Source: Mobula hypostoma (lineage: Eukaryota). From it: a DNA stretch of 64,000 bases. The notes below the pieces were generated by a model. It was not told the DNA's origin. It ran no database searches and was given only the letters and a program-made list of their open reading frames with translations. Positions within the stretch are counted from its first letter, which is position 1. Every line of letters starts with the position of its first letter. The position numbers and the translations under genes were made by a program. Positions 60,598 to 64,000 of the stretch are shown in pieces. The stretch spans positions 67,024,001 to 67,088,000 of the forward strand of contig NC_086097.1 of NCBI RefSeq assembly GCF_963921235.1, given 5' to 3'.

Positions 60598-61199
60598 TGT
60601 TATATATAAAAAACACAATTGTTTGTAGTGATGGTGGAGATGAAAAACAAGGTGTTCATTAGGTTAAGAAGAATAAATGCTATTTTACATTACTTAAGGG
60701 AGAAATTTTAGGAGGATTCACAAAATGTTGACTGGATGGTGCAATGCTCATACACTCCAAGCAGTATAAAGAAATGACAAAATTCCATGAGAATAGAAGT
60801 TTGTAACCAAAAGTTTGTGAGGGTGACTGCAGGATTTACTGGGTTTTTTTTTACTGTCTCCAATAAATCTAATGCCCAGGGCAATGCTGGGTGGTCTGAC
60901 GAGTTTTATTTCGATTAGACTTTGTTGTGTCGACCTGATACCAGTAATTGGCTTACTGGGCTATGCTGGGAGGTAACTTTTGCAGACTCATGAGGGTGAG
61001 ACTGGGCAAGGATGAAAATTTCTTGCCTTATAGGAGCAAGGTGGGATTACAGTGATGATTTTTTTCTGAATCACTAATGTGGATAAGTAAGGTAAAGAGA
61101 GAAAATTCAGTATTAAAAATCTGAATTATCTTTAAATGTGTAACCCTTGATGTTCATGAATCACTCAGGCATTTATAAAAATCCTGTAATTTCAGAGCT

Positions 61200-63980
61200 T
61201 TACTCCCCTCTGCACCTCACTTTTAAATGACTACCCTTTAGTCTCCCACTAGCGGTAATATCCCTATCTTGTCATGACCTTAAAGATCTTGTAATTTTTC
61301 AATAAGATTATCCCTTATTTGTCTAAACTCAAAAGAATACAGGTGTACTTTTTAACCATGCATGACAGAACTTCTCTTTCCAGGAACTAAGCTAGTGAAT
61401 GTCTTTTGGAATGCCTCCTTATTAGCAAGGCCCTCCTGAAATAAAGGGTATAGACCTCTACAGAGTAATTCAGGTGCAATGTTACTGATGCCACGTACAA
61501 TTTTAACAATACTTGACTATTTTTAAACTCCATTGCTCCAGCAATAAAAGCAAATATGCCATGCCTTACTTACTGCTCTGACATGTTAACTTCTACTTCA
61601 TGCACTATGCAGATGAACCCTCTCTGAATGTTCTGGATCCCTCTGTGCTCCACAAATTGGCAGTTTCTCTCTATTTATATAATAGCCCACCTTTTGATTC
61701 TTCCTAAATGTTCCTACTTTGAACTCTATTCAACATATTTTTGCCCATTCACTGAACCTATCAATATCCCATTGCAGAATCCAATAACTCTCTTCACAGG
61801 TTGCTCTCCTGATTCATCAGCAAACTTGAAATCCCATATTTTGACCCTCTTCAAAGTAATTAAATAAATGAGCACCAAGGTCTCAGCAGTGGGGTGCTCC
61901 ACTAGTAATATCTTTCTTGTCTGGAAAAGACCTTGTTGTTCTCTCAGTTTTCAACGTAATAACCAGTCTTCTGCCAATAATAACATTCATTATCTTGCCT
62001 ACTAGCCTTTTGTGTGGTATTTTATCAAATGTCTTCTGAAAATACACAAATATAATTTCCCCGGTACAAATTTATCACAAAAACACATTGACATAGAGAG
62101 ATCATAGAGAGAAACAGTATGGAAAAATGCCCATCAGCTCCACAAGCCCATGCTGACTCTCGGCCACCCTTATACATTAATCCTATTTTTTATTCTCTAC
62201 ACATTCTCCCCAAACCCACCCACCTCTCCCCCCATTCTACCATTACTTACACAAGTGAGGTATTTTACAGTGGTAATTAATCTACCAACATGCATATACT
62301 GTACTTGGGATGTGGGAGGAAATGAACACTTGGAGAGCACCCAAGGGAGAATGTACAACCGTCCACAAAGGCAGCACCTAAGGTTAGGAGTGAACCGGGA
62401 CCACTGATTCTGTCAGGCAGTGGTTCTACCAGTTGTGCCACTGTGTCAACATGGTTTGATTGTATTAAGCTTTTCTAAATGACCAGTTATCTCCTTCTTG
62501 ACTGTAGATTACACTACCATCCCAATAAGTGATGCTACATAAAGTTTCATGCTTTTTTTTTTAATTTTCCACCCTTCTTAAACACAGTTTTCCAGTCTAT
62601 TGTACCCTACTGAAACAAATAATTCTCTTCTAATGAACACAAGAAATTCTGCAGATGCTGGAAATCCGAAATAACACACACAAAATACTGGAAGAACTCA
62701 GCAGGTCAAATCTCTACTAACCCTGTTGCCACTATACTTAATGACCATAAAATTCTGGTGATTTTTCTGCTTTCAATTTCAGTAATTTTTCTAATACTTT
62801 GTGTAGGGATTTCTATAAATTCTTCCTTCCTATCTGAAGCCAGCCTTAGAATGCTTAAATGTTCTGTCATTTTCTCCATTCTTATTTTTAACTTTTTGCT
62901 TTCAACCTCATGATCTATGTTTACTTCAGCCACCCTCTGTTTTGTTATACTGTATATCCATAAATGGATTGTGCAGTTTGTTCTGGTAGTACCTCTCAGT
63001 TTACTCCTGTAATTAATTTTCTCCCTCCCTGTTAACTTTTTACTCTTCCATTATTAGATCCTAAATAAATCCTACTCTCTTAGCCTACCACTGGGTTTTG
63101 CACTTTGTATACTTTACCTTTAGATGTGGTATTTTTCTCAATCTCCTTTGTTAGCCATGGATGATGGATCATCTTTCTCATTGAGCCTTTCTATTTGATT
63201 CGGATAAGTTTCTGCTATGCATTATGAAATATCAGCCAAATACTAGCCACTGCTCATCCTGCTTTTTAACTTATTTTTTCAATCCACTCCTTCATACCTT
63301 TATAATTGTCCCTTCTATTACTAAAATTAAGGACTCCTTTTGGACCCAAAGTGTTCACCCTCAGCTGTTTCTACCATGTTGTCATCACTGATCCACAGAT
63401 TCTCCTAAACAAGATTTTTATTATTCTACCTCATTATATCAGATTGAATCTAAAATGGCCTGTTCATGAGTAGTTTGAAAATGTATTGCTCTAAGAAGCA
63501 ATCACTGACGCCCTCCACAAGCTCTTCTTCAACAGTAGCCTTGTCAGTTTGATTAGTCAATCAAAATCACTTAATTAAAATTAAGATCACTTATAATTGT
63601 ACTTCATTTGTATCATTGGCATTTCACTATTTATGTTTTGTTCTACAAGTGAGGAAATATTTTGGGGCTTCCCATCTGTGTCATCTTTCCCCTGCTGTTC
63701 CTTATTTCCACCCAAACTAATTCCACTTTGCAATTTACTGCATCTATATCATTACTCACAAGGGCACTAATGCTCTTCTTAATTACTAATGCAACTTCAC
63801 CTCCTTTTTCATTTTGCCTTATCTTTTGTAGCATTGAATATCCTGGAACATCAAGTTCCTAGTCCTGCTCTCACCGCAATCTTGCCTTTCTTATAGTTAT
63901 AATATAAAACACGTTTCTTTCTATTTGTGCCATTGATTTATTTATGATTGCTCTGATAAAAAGTTTTCAAACTTTGAATT
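61200..63980 (-). mobile_element. Old, heavily degraded CR1 LINE with SINE (about 62100-62445) and Penelope-terminus (about 62637-62708) inserts
   Basis: ORF 63643-63834 KGGEVALVIK...VELVWVEIRNSRGK; tcatcagcaaactt (KFADE) near 61813. Confidence 0.7.
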
Positions 63981-64000
63981 TTGAGAGTTATTACATACAT

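Noticed and set aside
54100..64000. Next gene downstream (CFL2 neighbours BAZ1A in human, from recall)
   Set aside because: No cofilin-like or other host exon recognised by eye; small exons could have been missed.
1..64000. CRISPR array, operon or prokaryotic defence system
   Set aside because: No regularly spaced repeats; spliced gene structure and vertebrate TEs throughout; all RT ORFs belong to known retrotransposon clades.

Overview
Eukaryotic vertebrate genomic DNA. The repeat content (CR1 LINEs, V-type SINEs, Rex/Babar, Penelope-like and Tc1 elements) suggests a cartilaginous fish, probably a ray or skate; this is an inference. The window holds the 3' two-thirds of BAZ1A/ACF1 on the + strand: 13 coding exons from 445 to 53250. 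All have AG/GT boundaries with mutually consistent phases, totalling 2965 nt (987 aa + stop) and covering the WHIM region, PHD finger and bromodomain, followed by a 3' UTR with two AATAAA signals. Nearly all other ORFs in the track are transposon debris. Most interesting observations: (1) a 227-bp fold-back insertion (91-bp perfect arms, 12-13-bp TSD) carrying an intact minimal hammerhead-ribozyme core on the pre-mRNA sense strand, one of about 8 related Penelope-derived motifs; (2) two complementary halves of one Tc1 family bracketing the terminal BAZ1A exon; (3) a pseudoknot-like module shared by two SINE-like families; (4) a TIR element with a 6-bp TSD and a duplicated left end; (5) a 90-nt symmetric exon absent from canonical human BAZ1A as I recall it. 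No prokaryotic features (CRISPR, operons, rRNA or tRNA genes) are supported. Homology calls come from my recall of the protein and repeat families, not from database searches; edges of degraded repeats are approximate.
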